Shown here: piece by piece, positions 41,106 to 50,748 of the stretch
Numbering within the stretch: the first letter of the stretch is position 1
How the letters are laid out: each line of letters opens with the position of its first letter
Assembly (NCBI GenBank): GCA_963808235.1
Contig: CAWEEQ010000004.1
Location: 1 to 64,000, forward strand
Direction: 5' to 3'
Length of the DNA stretch: 64,000 nucleotides
Origin: an uncultured delta proteobacterium
GTDB lineage: Bacteria; Desulfobacterota; Binatia; Binatales; Binataceae
Translations under genes and position numbers: made by a program
The notes under the pieces: generated by a model
Told to the model about the DNA's origin: nothing
Database searches by the model: none
What the model saw: only the letters and a program-made list of their open reading frames with translations

Positions 41106-43574
41106 ATGGCTGCCCAACCGAAACCAATACCGATAAATCAGCCGAGCTACCTCGAAGGTGGCGGAGTTTTGGGATGGCTCACGACCATCGATCACAAGCG
41201 CGTCGCCGTGATGTATGGCGTGACCGCGCTGGTATTCATGGCCGCCGGCGGAATCGAGGCGATGGCGATTCGCGTGCAGTTGTGGAGTCCCGACAATCAC
41301 GCGTTGTCCGCGGCAACCTACAACGCATTCTTCACGATGCACGGGACGACCATGATTTTCCTGGTCGTGATGCCCTTGCTGCTCGGTTTCCTCGGCAACT
41401 TTCTGATTCCGCTGCAGATCGGCGCGCGCGACGTCGCCTTTCCCCGTCTCAATGCGGCGAGCTTCTGGATGGCTCTGACAGCCGGCGTCCTGCTCCACCT
41501 CGGCGTGATTCGCGGCGGACTCCCCGATGCGGGGTGGTTCGGCTACGCGAATCTCACCGAGCGCTACTTCTCGCCCGGACTCGGACTCGACTGGTGGGTC
41601 GTCGGACTCCTGGTCTCGGGAACTTCGACGGTTCTGACCGGCCTCAACTTCCTGACCACCATCATCGCGATGCGCGCGCCCGGCATGACCTACATGCGGA
41701 TGCCGATGTTCATCTGGTCGCTTATGGTGACCTCGGTGCTGATCCTGATCGCGTTTCCCCCTCTGACGATCGGACTAGTCTTCCTGCTCTTCGATCGATT
41801 TTTCGACACTCACTTTTACGTCGCGTCGGCCGGCGCAACTCCGATCCTCTGGCAGCACCTTTTCTGGCTGTTCGGACATCCTGAAGTTTACATCATGGCG
41901 CTGCCGGGATTCGGAATCATTTCCGAAGTTTTGCCGACCCATGCGCGCAAGCCGCTGTTCGGATATCCGATGATGGCTTACTCGATGGTCCTGATCGCGT
42001 TCCTGTCGTATGGCGTATGGGGCCATCACATGTTCGCGACCGGCATGGGTCCGGTGGCGGACTCGGCGTTCGCGATCACCTCGATGCTGATCGCGATACC
42101 GACCGGAATCAAAATTTTCAGCTGGATTGCGACCGTCTGGGGCGGTTCGCTCCGCATGACCACCGCATTCTATTTCGCGCTCGGCATGTTGCTCGAGTTC
42201 ACAATCGGCGGACTGAGCGGAATCATGCATGCGGCCGCGCCGGTCGATTTGCAGCAGACCGATTCATACTTCGTGGTCGCGCATTTCCACTACGTGCTGT
42301 TCGGCGGCGTGATGTTCGCGATTCTGGCCGCCTTCTACTACTGGTGGCCGAAAATTACCGGCCGCATGCTCGGCGAGACGCTCGGCAAGTGGCAATTCTG
42401 GCTGACCGTGATTGGCTTCAACACGACATTTTTTCCAATGCATTTTCTCGGGATGTGGGGGATGCCGCGGCGCACTTACACTTACGCCGCCGACATGGGC
42501 TGGACCCATCTGAATCAGCTCGAGACGGTCGGCGCGTTCATCCTCGGAATCGCGTTCCTGCTCTTCTACATAAATATTTTCAAAAGCCTCGCAAGCGGCG
42601 ACCCCGCTCCAGGTGACCCGTGGGACGGACGCAGCCTCGAGTGGTCGACGGCGTCGCCGCCGCCCGCCTACAACTTCGCCACGATTCCGCAAATTCGCGG
42701 CCGCGACGCGTGGTGGATTCTAAAGTACGGCCGCGCCGGTTCGCGCGGCGTCGCCGCGTACATGTCGGGGAAGGCGCCGGCGAATCCACAAGGCGATCAA
42801 CCGGTTGCGCACATACACATGCCGGCGCCCTCGATTTTTCCGCTGATGCTGAGCCTCGGCGTCGGCACGATGGGCCTCGGGCTCATCATCGATTGGTATC
42901 GCATCGTTCTGATCGGCGCCGCGGTCCTCGTCCTTTCCGTAATCGGAATGGGATTCGAATACCCGGACTTCGGCGAAGAGTCGCACGACCCCGAGCACGC
43001 GCCATCGGCGAGCGGAATCGACGTGCGCAAAATCGGCGTCTGGTCGTTCATCGGCTCGGAGTGCGTATTCTTCGCGAGCCTGATTTCCACCTTCATCGTT
43101 TACAAGTCGCGCAGTCTCGCCGGCCCCGGCCCCGAAATTCTCAACATCCCGCTCACCTCGTTCAGCACCTTCATCCTGCTGATGAGTTCGTTGTTGATGG
43201 TCCTCGCACTCGCCGCCACCCAGCGCGGAGACCGGCTCTGGGAGCGAATCTGGCTCGCTGGCACCGTCGCATTCGGACTGATTTTCCTGGGCGGCCAGGT
43301 TTACGAGTTCACCAGCTTCTACCGCGAGGGTATGGGCCTGACGACCAACCTGTTTTCACAGTCCTTCTTCGTGTTGGTCGGATTCCACGGCGCACACGTC
43401 GCGATCGGCGTGCTCTGGCTCTCCGTGCTGCTGGTCGCCGCGATGATGGGCAAGCTCGGCAAGTCGCGCGCGCTGTCGGTCGAGTTGGCGGGACTCTACT
43501 GGCATTTCGTTGATGTGGTTTGGATCATCATTTTTACTCTCGTCTACCTGATGCAAACGGTGAGCGGAGCATGA
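41106..43574 (+). CDS. ctaD: Cytochrome c oxidase subunit I fused to subunit III (A1 type)
   Basis: TIDHK, TMHGT, FGHPEVYI, WGHHMF, VAHFHYV, GMPRR, then WSFIGSE, GFHGAHV, LYWHFVDVVW in one ORF. Confidence 0.95.
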   Translation: MAAQPKPIPINQPSYLEGGGVLGWLTTIDHKRVAVMYGVTALVFMAAGGIEAMAIRVQLWSPDNHALSAATYNAFFTMHGTTMIFLVVMPLLLGFLGNFLIPLQIGARDVAFPRLNAASFWMALTAGVLLHLGVIRGGLPDAGWFGYANLTERYFSPGLGLDWWVVGLLVSGTSTVLTGLNFLTTIIAMRAPGMTYMRMPMFIWSLMVTSVLILIAFPPLTIGLVFLLFDRFFDTHFYVASAGATPILWQHLFWLFGHPEVYIMALPGFGIISEVLPTHARKPLFGYPMMAYSMVLIAFLSYGVWGHHMFATGMGPVADSAFAITSMLIAIPTGIKIFSWIATVWGGSLRMTTAFYFALGMLLEFTIGGLSGIMHAAAPVDLQQTDSYFVVAHFHYVLFGGVMFAILAAFYYWWPKITGRMLGETLGKWQFWLTVIGFNTTFFPMHFLGMWGMPRRTYTYAADMGWTHLNQLETVGAFILGIAFLLFYINIFKSLASGDPAPGDPWDGRSLEWSTASPPPAYNFATIPQIRGRDAWWILKYGRAGSRGVAAYMSGKAPANPQGDQPVAHIHMPAPSIFPLMLSLGVGTMGLGLIIDWYRIVLIGAAVLVLSVIGMGFEYPDFGEESHDPEHAPSASGIDVRKIGVWSFIGSECVFFASLISTFIVYKSRSLAGPGPEILNIPLTSFSTFILLMSSLLMVLALAATQRGDRLWERIWLAGTVAFGLIFLGGQVYEFTSFYREGMGLTTNLFSQSFFVLVGFHGAHVAIGVLWLSVLLVAAMMGKLGKSRALSVELAGLYWHFVDVVWIIIFTLVYLMQTVSGA

Positions 43575-43900
43575 GCGAAGCAATCGAGACTCACGAGGGC
43601 GCGGTTCGCCATCCGGGTGCAGCGACTTACCTGATCATCGCCGCGTTCCTGGTCGTGCTGACGGCGATGGAGATCACCGTCTTCTACGTACATCCGCTGC
43701 GGCCGGTGCTGGTGCCGGTGTTGCTGGTGCTCGCGGCGGCGAAGTTCGCGCTGGTCGCGATGTTCTACATGCATCTCAAGTACGACGGATGGCTGCTGAC
43801 CGGAGTGTTCGTGTTCCCGCTGCTGGTCGCGACGGTGCTGCTGGCGGCGCTGCTGATGCTCTTCGCATACCTGTCGCATCACATGGCGCCGATCGGATAG
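43571..43900 (+). CDS. Cytochrome c oxidase subunit IV family
   Basis: LTAMEI, AKFALVAMFYMHLKYD, 3 TMs. Confidence 0.88.
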   Translation: MSEAIETHEGAVRHPGAATYLIIAAFLVVLTAMEITVFYVHPLRPVLVPVLLVLAAAKFALVAMFYMHLKYDGWLLTGVFVFPLLVATVLLAALLMLFAYLSHHMAPIG

Positions 43901-43915
43901 GCGCACATCATCAAT

Positions 43916-44734
43916 ATGTTCATTTTCGGCGAACATCCGAGCATACCGATTGGCGTCGCGAGCTTGATCGCGATCTATCTCGGCGCGTGCTGGATGATCG
44001 GCCGCAGACCTTCGCGCCGGCAGGCGATGTGGTTCGCATTGGCGATGGCCGCGATACTCTACGCGCACACCGAACTCGACGAACTCGCCGACGCCCGCAT
44101 TTTCTCGATGCACATGCTGCAGCATCTGATCGAGACCTTCGTGATCCCGCCGCTGCTGCTGCTCGGGACGCCGGGCTGGATGCTCCGGCCCTGGGTGCTG
44201 AGTCGTCCGATCAAACCGATTGCGCGCGTGTTCACTAATCCGTTGGTCGCGTTCCTGATCTTCTCTGCGGTCTTCGTCACCGCGCACTTCCCGCCGATCT
44301 TCGAACACATGTGCCGCGACGAAAATTTCCACATCGCGCTCCACCTCCTCTTCATAACGGCGGGAGTCCTGCTCTGGTGGCCGATCTTGAGCCCGATGCC
44401 CGAATTGCCGCGGCTCTCCTATCCGGCGCAAATTCTCTACTTGTTCCTCCTCATGATCCCGATGACCGCGGTCGCGGCGCCGATCACACTCGCGACCCGC
44501 GTCATCTATCCGTGGTACACCGAGGGCCCGCACGGATGGGGCCTCGCGCCAATCGACGACCAGGTCCTCGGCGGCCTCATAATGTGGATAGGGCAGGGCA
44601 CCTACCTGATGTTCATATTCACCTTCATCTTCTACAAATGGTCACAACGCGAAGACCGCGACATCCCGGCAATATCCGAGCCGACCCCGCCCGACCTCCG
44701 CGTCCTCCGCTCGCATCGCAGCCCCAGCTCCTGA
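43916..44734 (+). CDS. ctaG: Caa3-type cytochrome c oxidase assembly protein
   Basis: FSMHMLQHL...PPLLLLG, DDQVLGGLIMW. Confidence 0.88.
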   Translation: MFIFGEHPSIPIGVASLIAIYLGACWMIGRRPSRRQAMWFALAMAAILYAHTELDELADARIFSMHMLQHLIETFVIPPLLLLGTPGWMLRPWVLSRPIKPIARVFTNPLVAFLIFSAVFVTAHFPPIFEHMCRDENFHIALHLLFITAGVLLWWPILSPMPELPRLSYPAQILYLFLLMIPMTAVAAPITLATRVIYPWYTEGPHGWGLAPIDDQVLGGLIMWIGQGTYLMFIFTFIFYKWSQREDRDIPAISEPTPPDLRVLRSHRSPSS

Positions 44735-44825
44735 GCGCCGCGAAGGGCCCGACTCCGCGTCCGCAAAACCGCAAAGAATTCGTGATACTTGCCGACTGTT
44801 CTTCTTATGCGTTACTACTTGATCG

Positions 44826-45860
44826 ATGGTGCACTCGCGAACCCGAATCGTCATCGACGGAGCGGTGGCGGGAATCGTAGGCGCAGTCGTTGTCGCCCTA
44901 TGGTTTCTGATCTTCGACACGATTCGCGGGCACCCGTTTGAAACTCCCGCCCTGCTCGCCGCCACGCTTCTGCATGGAACGCACAGCGGCCAGGTCCATC
45001 ACGCTCTCGGTTTGCTGACGCTCGAATACTCGCTGATTCACTTCGGCGCGTTCATCGTGTTCGGCATCGCCGGAGGCCTGCTGCTCGAGACTTGCGAGAC
45101 CGAATCGTCGCTGCTCTTCTCACTGGCGATTTTTTTCGCCGCGTTCGAAGTCTTTTTCATCGCCGTGGTCCTCTTCCTCGGACCCAACGTGATGGCCGAG
45201 CTGACCTGGTGGGGCATCATCGTCGGCAACCTGCTCGCGACGACCGCGATGCTCTCCTATTTCTTCTGGCGGCATCCCGCGCTCGCCTGGAACCTGCTCG
45301 GCGGATGGATCGCCATCGCGCGCGAGGGAGTCGCCGCGGGATTGGTCGGCGCAGGCGTGGTCGCGCTGTGGTTTATGGCTTACGATTTCGCCGCGCGCGA
45401 GCCCTTCCACACCCCGGCGATTCTCGGCGCGATGGTATTTCAAAACGCCAATGTTGCCGACGGCATCAAGGCGACTCTGCCGCTCGTGCTCGGCTACACG
45501 ATCCTTCACTTCTTCGCGTTCATGATGTTCGGACTCGCACTCGCGATTTTGCTCGCCGCCTCCGAATGGGAGCCCTTCATGGCCCTGGGAGCGATGCTGC
45601 TGCTCGCGGTCTTCGAAGTCTTCTTCGTCGGCTTCGTCTCGCTGATCGATCAGTCAGCGCTCGAAGTGCTCGGATGGTGGAAGATCATAGCGGGAAACAT
45701 CCTCGCCCTGATCGCGATGACAACTTACTTCCTGAGCCGCCATCGCGGCCTCCACATCAAGGTAGTCGAACGCTGGGCAATGCTCGACAGCGAGGGCGAA
45801 GAAATGGGCGACGTCCGCGAACTCCCCCCAACCCGCAAAGACCTGCACCTGAGCGACTAG
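44826..45860 (+). CDS. Uncharacterised polytopic membrane protein made of two homologous halves
   Basis: Repeats G..AG..GA.VVALWF..D...PF.TPA.L...Y..(I/L)HF..F..FG...FEVFF...WW.II.GN.LA...RH. Confidence 0.8.
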   Translation: MVHSRTRIVIDGAVAGIVGAVVVALWFLIFDTIRGHPFETPALLAATLLHGTHSGQVHHALGLLTLEYSLIHFGAFIVFGIAGGLLLETCETESSLLFSLAIFFAAFEVFFIAVVLFLGPNVMAELTWWGIIVGNLLATTAMLSYFFWRHPALAWNLLGGWIAIAREGVAAGLVGAGVVALWFMAYDFAAREPFHTPAILGAMVFQNANVADGIKATLPLVLGYTILHFFAFMMFGLALAILLAASEWEPFMALGAMLLLAVFEVFFVGFVSLIDQSALEVLGWWKIIAGNILALIAMTTYFLSRHRGLHIKVVERWAMLDSEGEEMGDVRELPPTRKDLHLSD

Positions 45861-45896
45861 CCGCGCGCCCGCGCGCATTTCTAATCGACGATCCGT

Positions 45897-46478
45897 TCAG
45901 CGCAGGACCGTCGAGAAGATCAAATGATTGAAACGCTCGAGGGGGACCGCATTACGCTGCGTCTTCGACTGAAGGATCGCGCCCTGCAATGACGCGATCA
46001 GGAAGCCAGCGAGCTCATCGCATTCGGTCTTCCGCGGCAGCTCGCCACTCTTCACCGCGGCTTTCAAGCAATACGCGACCGCCTGGCGCATCTCTTCGAA
46101 TATTCCAACCAGCCGCTTCCTGATCACTTCGCTGTGCTCGCTCGCTTCGGCGCTGAAGTTGCCGATCAGACAGCCGTTTCGCCAACCGGTCTTATGTAAA
46201 TACTTGCTCTGTGCATCGACGAAGGCGCGCAGGCGCTTGAGCGGCGCAAGCGCGTCGTTGCGAAGAGTCCGCTCGATCATGGCGCGGACGTCTTTGAAAT
46301 AGAGATCGAGTATTTCAAGGCAGAAGGCTTCTTTCGAAGCGAAGTGATTGGTGAACGACCCATGCGGCACTCCCGCCGCCTCGACGATGTCGCGAACGCT
46401 CGCGCCTGCAAAGCCCCGCTCGTGCACGACGCGAAGACCTTCGGTCAGTATTTTTTCGCGGTTTGAAGGCTTGGGCAC
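45897..46478 (-). CDS. TetR/AcrR family regulator (NemR/TetR_C_13-like)
   Basis: GFAGASVRDIVEAAGVPHGSFTNHFASKE, GCLIGN; GTG start 7 nt after a -10 box. Confidence 0.9.
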   Translation of the reverse strand: MPKPSNREKILTEGLRVVHERGFAGASVRDIVEAAGVPHGSFTNHFASKEAFCLEILDLYFKDVRAMIERTLRNDALAPLKRLRAFVDAQSKYLHKTGWRNGCLIGNFSAEASEHSEVIRKRLVGIFEEMRQAVAYCLKAAVKSGELPRKTECDELAGFLIASLQGAILQSKTQRNAVPLERFNHLIFSTVLR

Positions 46479-46485
46479 TAGTCGC

Positions 46486-46514
46486 AATATGTACGTTCGT
46501 ATTAAGAGCGTCAA
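46486..46514 (-). promoter_or_regulatory. Sigma70 promoter with overlapping TetR operator (leaderless tetR)
   Basis: Minus strand TTGACG-N17-CATATT-N7-GTG; operator AATATGtACGTtCGTATT matches 52001-52018. Confidence 0.72.
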
Positions 46515-46526
46515 GGAACCGAGGAT

Positions 46527-46973
46527 TCAGAGGAGCGATCGGAGCGGCTCCAGGACGAGCACGGGGATTTCACGGCCTGCACGGGCCCGGTAAGCAGGGA
46601 AATTCGGATAGGCGGCATCCGCCCGCTTCCACCACTCCTGCTTTTCTTCGCCGAAGACCTCGCGGACCCGCATCTCTCGCTTGACCGCGCCATCCTGCAA
46701 CTCGACCAGCGGATCGGCGACGATGTTGTAATACCATAAGGGGTGCGTCGGAGCGCCGGCGTTGGAGGCAACCACAGCGTAAGTTCCGTTGTGCTCGATC
46801 CTCATAAGCGGTTTCTTGCGAATCTTGCCGGACTTGGCGCCCTTGTAGGTCAGCACAATGACCGGTTTTCCTTTCAGTGTGCCTCCCTCTACGCCATTGG
46901 TCGCTTCATACAGTTCGACCTGTTCGCGGGTTCGGTCGTTCCGGCTGGGTTGGTACTCGCCATTTAAGGGCAT
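46527..46973 (-). CDS. Deazaflavin (F420)-dependent nitroreductase family (Ddn-like)
   Basis: LTYKGAKSGKIRK.PLMR, VVASNAGAPTHPLWYYN, YRARAGREIPV. Confidence 0.9.
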   Translation of the reverse strand: MPLNGEYQPSRNDRTREQVELYEATNGVEGGTLKGKPVIVLTYKGAKSGKIRKKPLMRIEHNGTYAVVASNAGAPTHPLWYYNIVADPLVELQDGAVKREMRVREVFGEEKQEWWKRADAAYPNFPAYRARAGREIPVLVLEPLRSLL

Positions 46974-47002
46974 GGTGAAAGCTCTCCTGTCGATTTCCGC
47001 AA

Positions 47003-47293
47003 CTAGGAAATCGGCAATTTGTTGAGCAGTGTCAGGATCTGGTCTTCGACTATCTCGCCAAAGCGCGAGGCGAGTTTCGCCACCTCCGAATCAGACAGCG
47101 CCGCTTGAATTGCTGCTTCGTTCGGCAGCTCCCAAAAATCGACGACCGTGTTCAGGCGGCCTACGACGGTGGCGTAGCTTCCCAGCAGCTTCCAACCGTG
47201 TTTGCCCACTACCGGTGTCAAGCCATTGAGTAGCGAAACAAAATCCTGCAGCCTGCCAGCCCGCAGCTTGATCGAATATTCCAGGTAAACCAT
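47003..47293 (-). CDS. NIPSNAP family protein
   Basis: GWKLLGSY..VVGRLNTVVDFWE. Confidence 0.8.
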   Translation of the reverse strand: MVYLEYSIKLRAGRLQDFVSLLNGLTPVVGKHGWKLLGSYATVVGRLNTVVDFWELPNEAAIQAALSDSEVAKLASRFGEIVEDQILTLLNKLPIS

Positions 47294-47340
47294 CGGAACA
47301 TCTCCTCAGTTTTCGCGTGGAAATTGACCGAGCGCGTCGA

Positions 47341-48102
47341 TCATTTGGGTAGATTGCCTGCCATCGTATCGTTGAATTGCGTCACCAAGGCATGCTCCGA
47401 AGCTCCGGGATTGTTGCGCAGCGCTTTCGCGCTTTCGACCAGCACTTCTTCGTCGTCCGTGCCGAGTGCCTTCATCGTCTCATCGATGAATTGCTTGAGA
47501 GGCATGGCCTGCGGTGCGTCGTTGCTGTTCATCAGGTCGGTCCGCACCCACGGTGGCGCGATCTCCTGCACCTGAACCGATGTGCCGCGCAGCTTAAAAC
47601 GCAGAGAAAGCGTGTAGGAATGCAGAGCCGCCTTGGTGGAAGAATAGACCGCGGTCATCGCCAGCGGCACGAACCCCAGCACCGACGACATATTGATTAC
47701 CGCCGCATAGGGCTGCCTCTTGAAGTGTTCAATCAATCCCGAGGTCATACGGATCGGCCCGAGCAGATTCGTCGTGACCGTCGAAACCAGGAGTTCTTCA
47801 TCGATGGCACCTGCAGCATCGTCAGGCAGCATGATGCCCGCATTGTTGATGAGTACGTTCGTCTTCGGAAATTCTGCGATCAGCTTTTTCGTGACAGCCG
47901 CGATGTTCGATGGATCGGTGACATCCAACTCGACCGAACGCATTCCCGGGTTAGCGTCTATCGTTGCTGCAAGATGCCCTCTGCGCCTACCGGAGATGAT
48001 GACTTGATTGTCGAGTCTGTGTAGCGCTTCAGCGAGTCCCCGTCCGATGCCCGAGCCGCCGCCTGTTATGAGTATCGTGTTTCCGCTGAGTTTCATTCTC
48101 AT
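47341..48102 (-). CDS. Short-chain dehydrogenase (DltE-like)
   Basis: TGGGSGIG, NNAG, YSSTK, EIAPPWVRT. Confidence 0.9.
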   Translation of the reverse strand: MRMKLSGNTILITGGGSGIGRGLAEALHRLDNQVIISGRRRGHLAATIDANPGMRSVELDVTDPSNIAAVTKKLIAEFPKTNVLINNAGIMLPDDAAGAIDEELLVSTVTTNLLGPIRMTSGLIEHFKRQPYAAVINMSSVLGFVPLAMTAVYSSTKAALHSYTLSLRFKLRGTSVQVQEIAPPWVRTDLMNSNDAPQAMPLKQFIDETMKALGTDDEEVLVESAKALRNNPGASEHALVTQFNDTMAGNLPK

Positions 48103-48172
48103 GCCTCCGAGTCTAAGTGTCGTGGCTGGCTGGCCACTGCGAGGTCATTCGCTCCGTTCCTCTAAGGACTGT

Positions 48173-48577
48173 CTACGCGGGAAACGTCTTGCCGAACATC
48201 GGCAACCCGCTTTGTGACTCGTTCTTGGTCGCTTCGTCTTGCAAGACGTCCCAGTGCTCGACGAGTACGCCGTCGGCGATGCGCACGATGTCAGCCGCGA
48301 TCCAGCTGCGTGGCGATAGCCCATGGCCCGAAAATCGCCCGTGGACGATCACATATTCCTTATCAGCGAGGATCACGCTGTGTTCGTATCGCAACGATGC
48401 CGGTGCGTTTTTGATCAGATTGAAAAGCCCCTCGCGTCCCGGGGCGATGTGCGCACTGTGCTGAATATATTTGGGCGACCAAAATCGCTCGGCGGCTTTG
48501 TAGTCCCGCTTGTTGAAGAGCGTATCGAATGCTTCCAGGACAAGCGCCTTATTCTTCTCCGCATCTAAATCGCTCAT
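48173..48577 (-). CDS. SnoaL/NTF2-like protein
   Basis: NKALVLEAF, YIQHSAHIAPGREG, DGVLVEHWDVLQ. Confidence 0.88.
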   Translation of the reverse strand: MSDLDAEKNKALVLEAFDTLFNKRDYKAAERFWSPKYIQHSAHIAPGREGLFNLIKNAPASLRYEHSVILADKEYVIVHGRFSGHGLSPRSWIAADIVRIADGVLVEHWDVLQDEATKNESQSGLPMFGKTFPA

Positions 48578-48620
48578 GGTTCTTCCTCTCTTACAAATCG
48601 ACCCGCGCGGCGGCTCTCGA

Positions 48621-49358
48621 TCAGACTTGCGCTCTGCCGCCATCAACGAACAGTTCGATGCCTGTGACAAAACTCGAGTCATCCGACGCCAGAAATAGCG
48701 CAGCCTTGGCGATCTCGTCGGATTCCCCCATCCGGCCCATCGGAATGGTGGACGCAATCCGCGCAATAGCCTCCGTAGGTAGTCCATCGAGAACCGGGGT
48801 GTCGGTCGGACCGGGGCTAACGACATTTGAGCGAATGTGCCGATCCTTGAGATCCGAGGTCCAGGTCCGCGCGAAGGAACGCAGCGCGGCCTTCGTCGCG
48901 CCGTAGACACCGAAGGCCGGAGTACCTTTGACGCCTGCGGCGGAGCCCGTGAGGATGATCGAGCCACCATCCTTCAGCAGCGGCAAGGCTTTCTGCACGG
49001 TGAACAGCGCTCCCTTGACGTTGATGTCGAAGAGTTTGTCGAAATGTTCCTCAGTGATTTTGCCGAGAGGAGAAAATTCCGCGATGCCGGCATTGGCGAA
49101 GACGATGTCAAGTTTGCCTTTTGCTTTGACGGCCGCATAAAGACGATCGAGGTCGGCCAATTTGGCAACGTCTCCCTGAACGCCAGTAACGTTGCTGCCG
49201 ATCGCCTTTACGGCCGCGTCGAGCTCTTTCTGACGCCGGCCGGTGATGAAGACGTAGGCACCCTCTTCGACGAAGAGCTTCGCCGCAGCGAAGCCTATTC
49301 CTGTGCTGCCACCGGTGATGACGGCCACTTTTCCTTGCAGCTTCCTATTTTCGGTCAT
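48621..49358 (-). CDS. SDR family oxidoreductase
   Basis: [25 protein letters not shown]. Confidence 0.92.
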   Translation of the reverse strand: MTENRKLQGKVAVITGGSTGIGFAAAKLFVEEGAYVFITGRRQKELDAAVKAIGSNVTGVQGDVAKLADLDRLYAAVKAKGKLDIVFANAGIAEFSPLGKITEEHFDKLFDINVKGALFTVQKALPLLKDGGSIILTGSAAGVKGTPAFGVYGATKAALRSFARTWTSDLKDRHIRSNVVSPGPTDTPVLDGLPTEAIARIASTIPMGRMGESDEIAKAALFLASDDSSFVTGIELFVDGGRAQV

Positions 49359-49388
49359 CGGATGTAGTTCTCCTCACTCTCAATTGCC

Positions 49389-49931
49389 TCACGAGGTCGC
49401 GCCGGCGCCGAGCATCACGAAAGCGATCGTCGCCGGGCGCGCGCCCTTGTTGCGCCAGCCATGGCGCGTCGCCTGCTGGACGACAACGTCGCCCGCAACA
49501 AGATGCACCGTCGCGCCGTCGTCGAGTTCCAGCCACAACTCGCCGTCCAGCAGGATCGCGTAGTCGACAGTCTGTGTTACGTGCATTTGCGATCCGTCGT
49601 GCTCGAATGTATCCGCGAGTCCGGGCAGGCGCGCGAGAAATTCCTGGGCGACCTGCGACGCATCCGATTCTGAAGAAGCGGCGGCCGCGGGCGGGAACGT
49701 CACAATATGGAGCAGCGAGCCATTGGCGGGCGGCAGCGCCGATTTCGGCAGCTCCCGCTCGATCCTGTTGGGGTCGGACTCGAGGCTGCCATCGGTCGCC
49801 CACATATAAGTGTGCTCAAAGCCGGCGACCGTCTTGAATTTGTAAGGCTCGCGACGCTGATCGCTCAGCACCACGGATCTTCCGCCGCGATGTCCCGTGA
49901 CGACGCGGCGATGACCCTTGCCTGTGAGCAT
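49389..49931 (-). CDS. Cupin domain protein
   Basis: RRVVTGH, MHVTQTVDY...GDVVVQQATRHGW. Confidence 0.85.
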   Translation of the reverse strand: MLTGKGHRRVVTGHRGGRSVVLSDQRREPYKFKTVAGFEHTYMWATDGSLESDPNRIERELPKSALPPANGSLLHIVTFPPAAAASSESDASQVAQEFLARLPGLADTFEHDGSQMHVTQTVDYAILLDGELWLELDDGATVHLVAGDVVVQQATRHGWRNKGARPATIAFVMLGAGATS

Positions 49932-49952
49932 ATGGTCATTCTCCCAACGCTT

Positions 49953-50699
49953 TTAGGCAGCCAGCATTCCGCCGTCCACCGCGACCGACGCACCGGTCAT
50001 ATACGAGGCGTTTGCGGATGCTACAAACACGATCACGTGAGCGATCTCCTCCGGCGTCGCGAGACGTTTGAATGGCACCGTAGAGACGAGCGCCGCCTTA
50101 TTCTCATCCGTATTGGTGAAGCGCGAGAGCATCCCGGTATCCGTAGTGCCCGGAGCCACCACGTTTACGCGCACGCCGGTCCCCGCGGTTTCCAGTGCGG
50201 CGGACTTTGTCATCCCTTCCACCGCATGCTTACTCGCCACGTAAACCGATGCTCCCGGCGCTCCTATGCTTCCGTATGCCGATGAAACATTGACGATGCT
50301 CCCACTGCCCTGCGCAAGCATCGCGCGCAACTCATGCTTCATGCTGAGCAACACGCCGAGCACATTGGTATCGAACGTGGCCGCGTAGCTCTCGGCTGTC
50401 TGCTCGGTTACGAGACCGCGCACTCCCTCAGTCGCGGCGTTGTTTACGGCAATATCCAGACGACCGAAGCGCGCGACGGTCTTGTCGACCAGCTTTTGTA
50501 CCTCTTCCTCGTGGCGCACGTCGGCATGCACGTATTCCGCGTCGGCGTTGAGGCCGCGGATCTCAGCCAGCAGTTTTTGGCCAACTTCGTCGCGCCGGCC
50601 CGCGATTACGATGCGCGCACCCTCTTTCGCGAAGAGCAGCGCAGTCGCTCGTCCAATGCCCGTCAGGGCGCCAGTGATCAAAACAACGGGGGTCTTCAT
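49953..50699 (-). CDS. SDR family oxidoreductase (paralog of 51195-51941)
   Basis: TGALTGIG, NNAA, YVASKHAVEG. Confidence 0.92.
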   Translation of the reverse strand: MKTPVVLITGALTGIGRATALLFAKEGARIVIAGRRDEVGQKLLAEIRGLNADAEYVHADVRHEEEVQKLVDKTVARFGRLDIAVNNAATEGVRGLVTEQTAESYAATFDTNVLGVLLSMKHELRAMLAQGSGSIVNVSSAYGSIGAPGASVYVASKHAVEGMTKSAALETAGTGVRVNVVAPGTTDTGMLSRFTNTDENKAALVSTVPFKRLATPEEIAHVIVFVASANASYMTGASVAVDGGMLAA

Positions 50700-50748
50700 A
50701 GTGAACTCCTTTGAGCGCAATTTGTGGATCAGTTGAGGCTAATGAATC

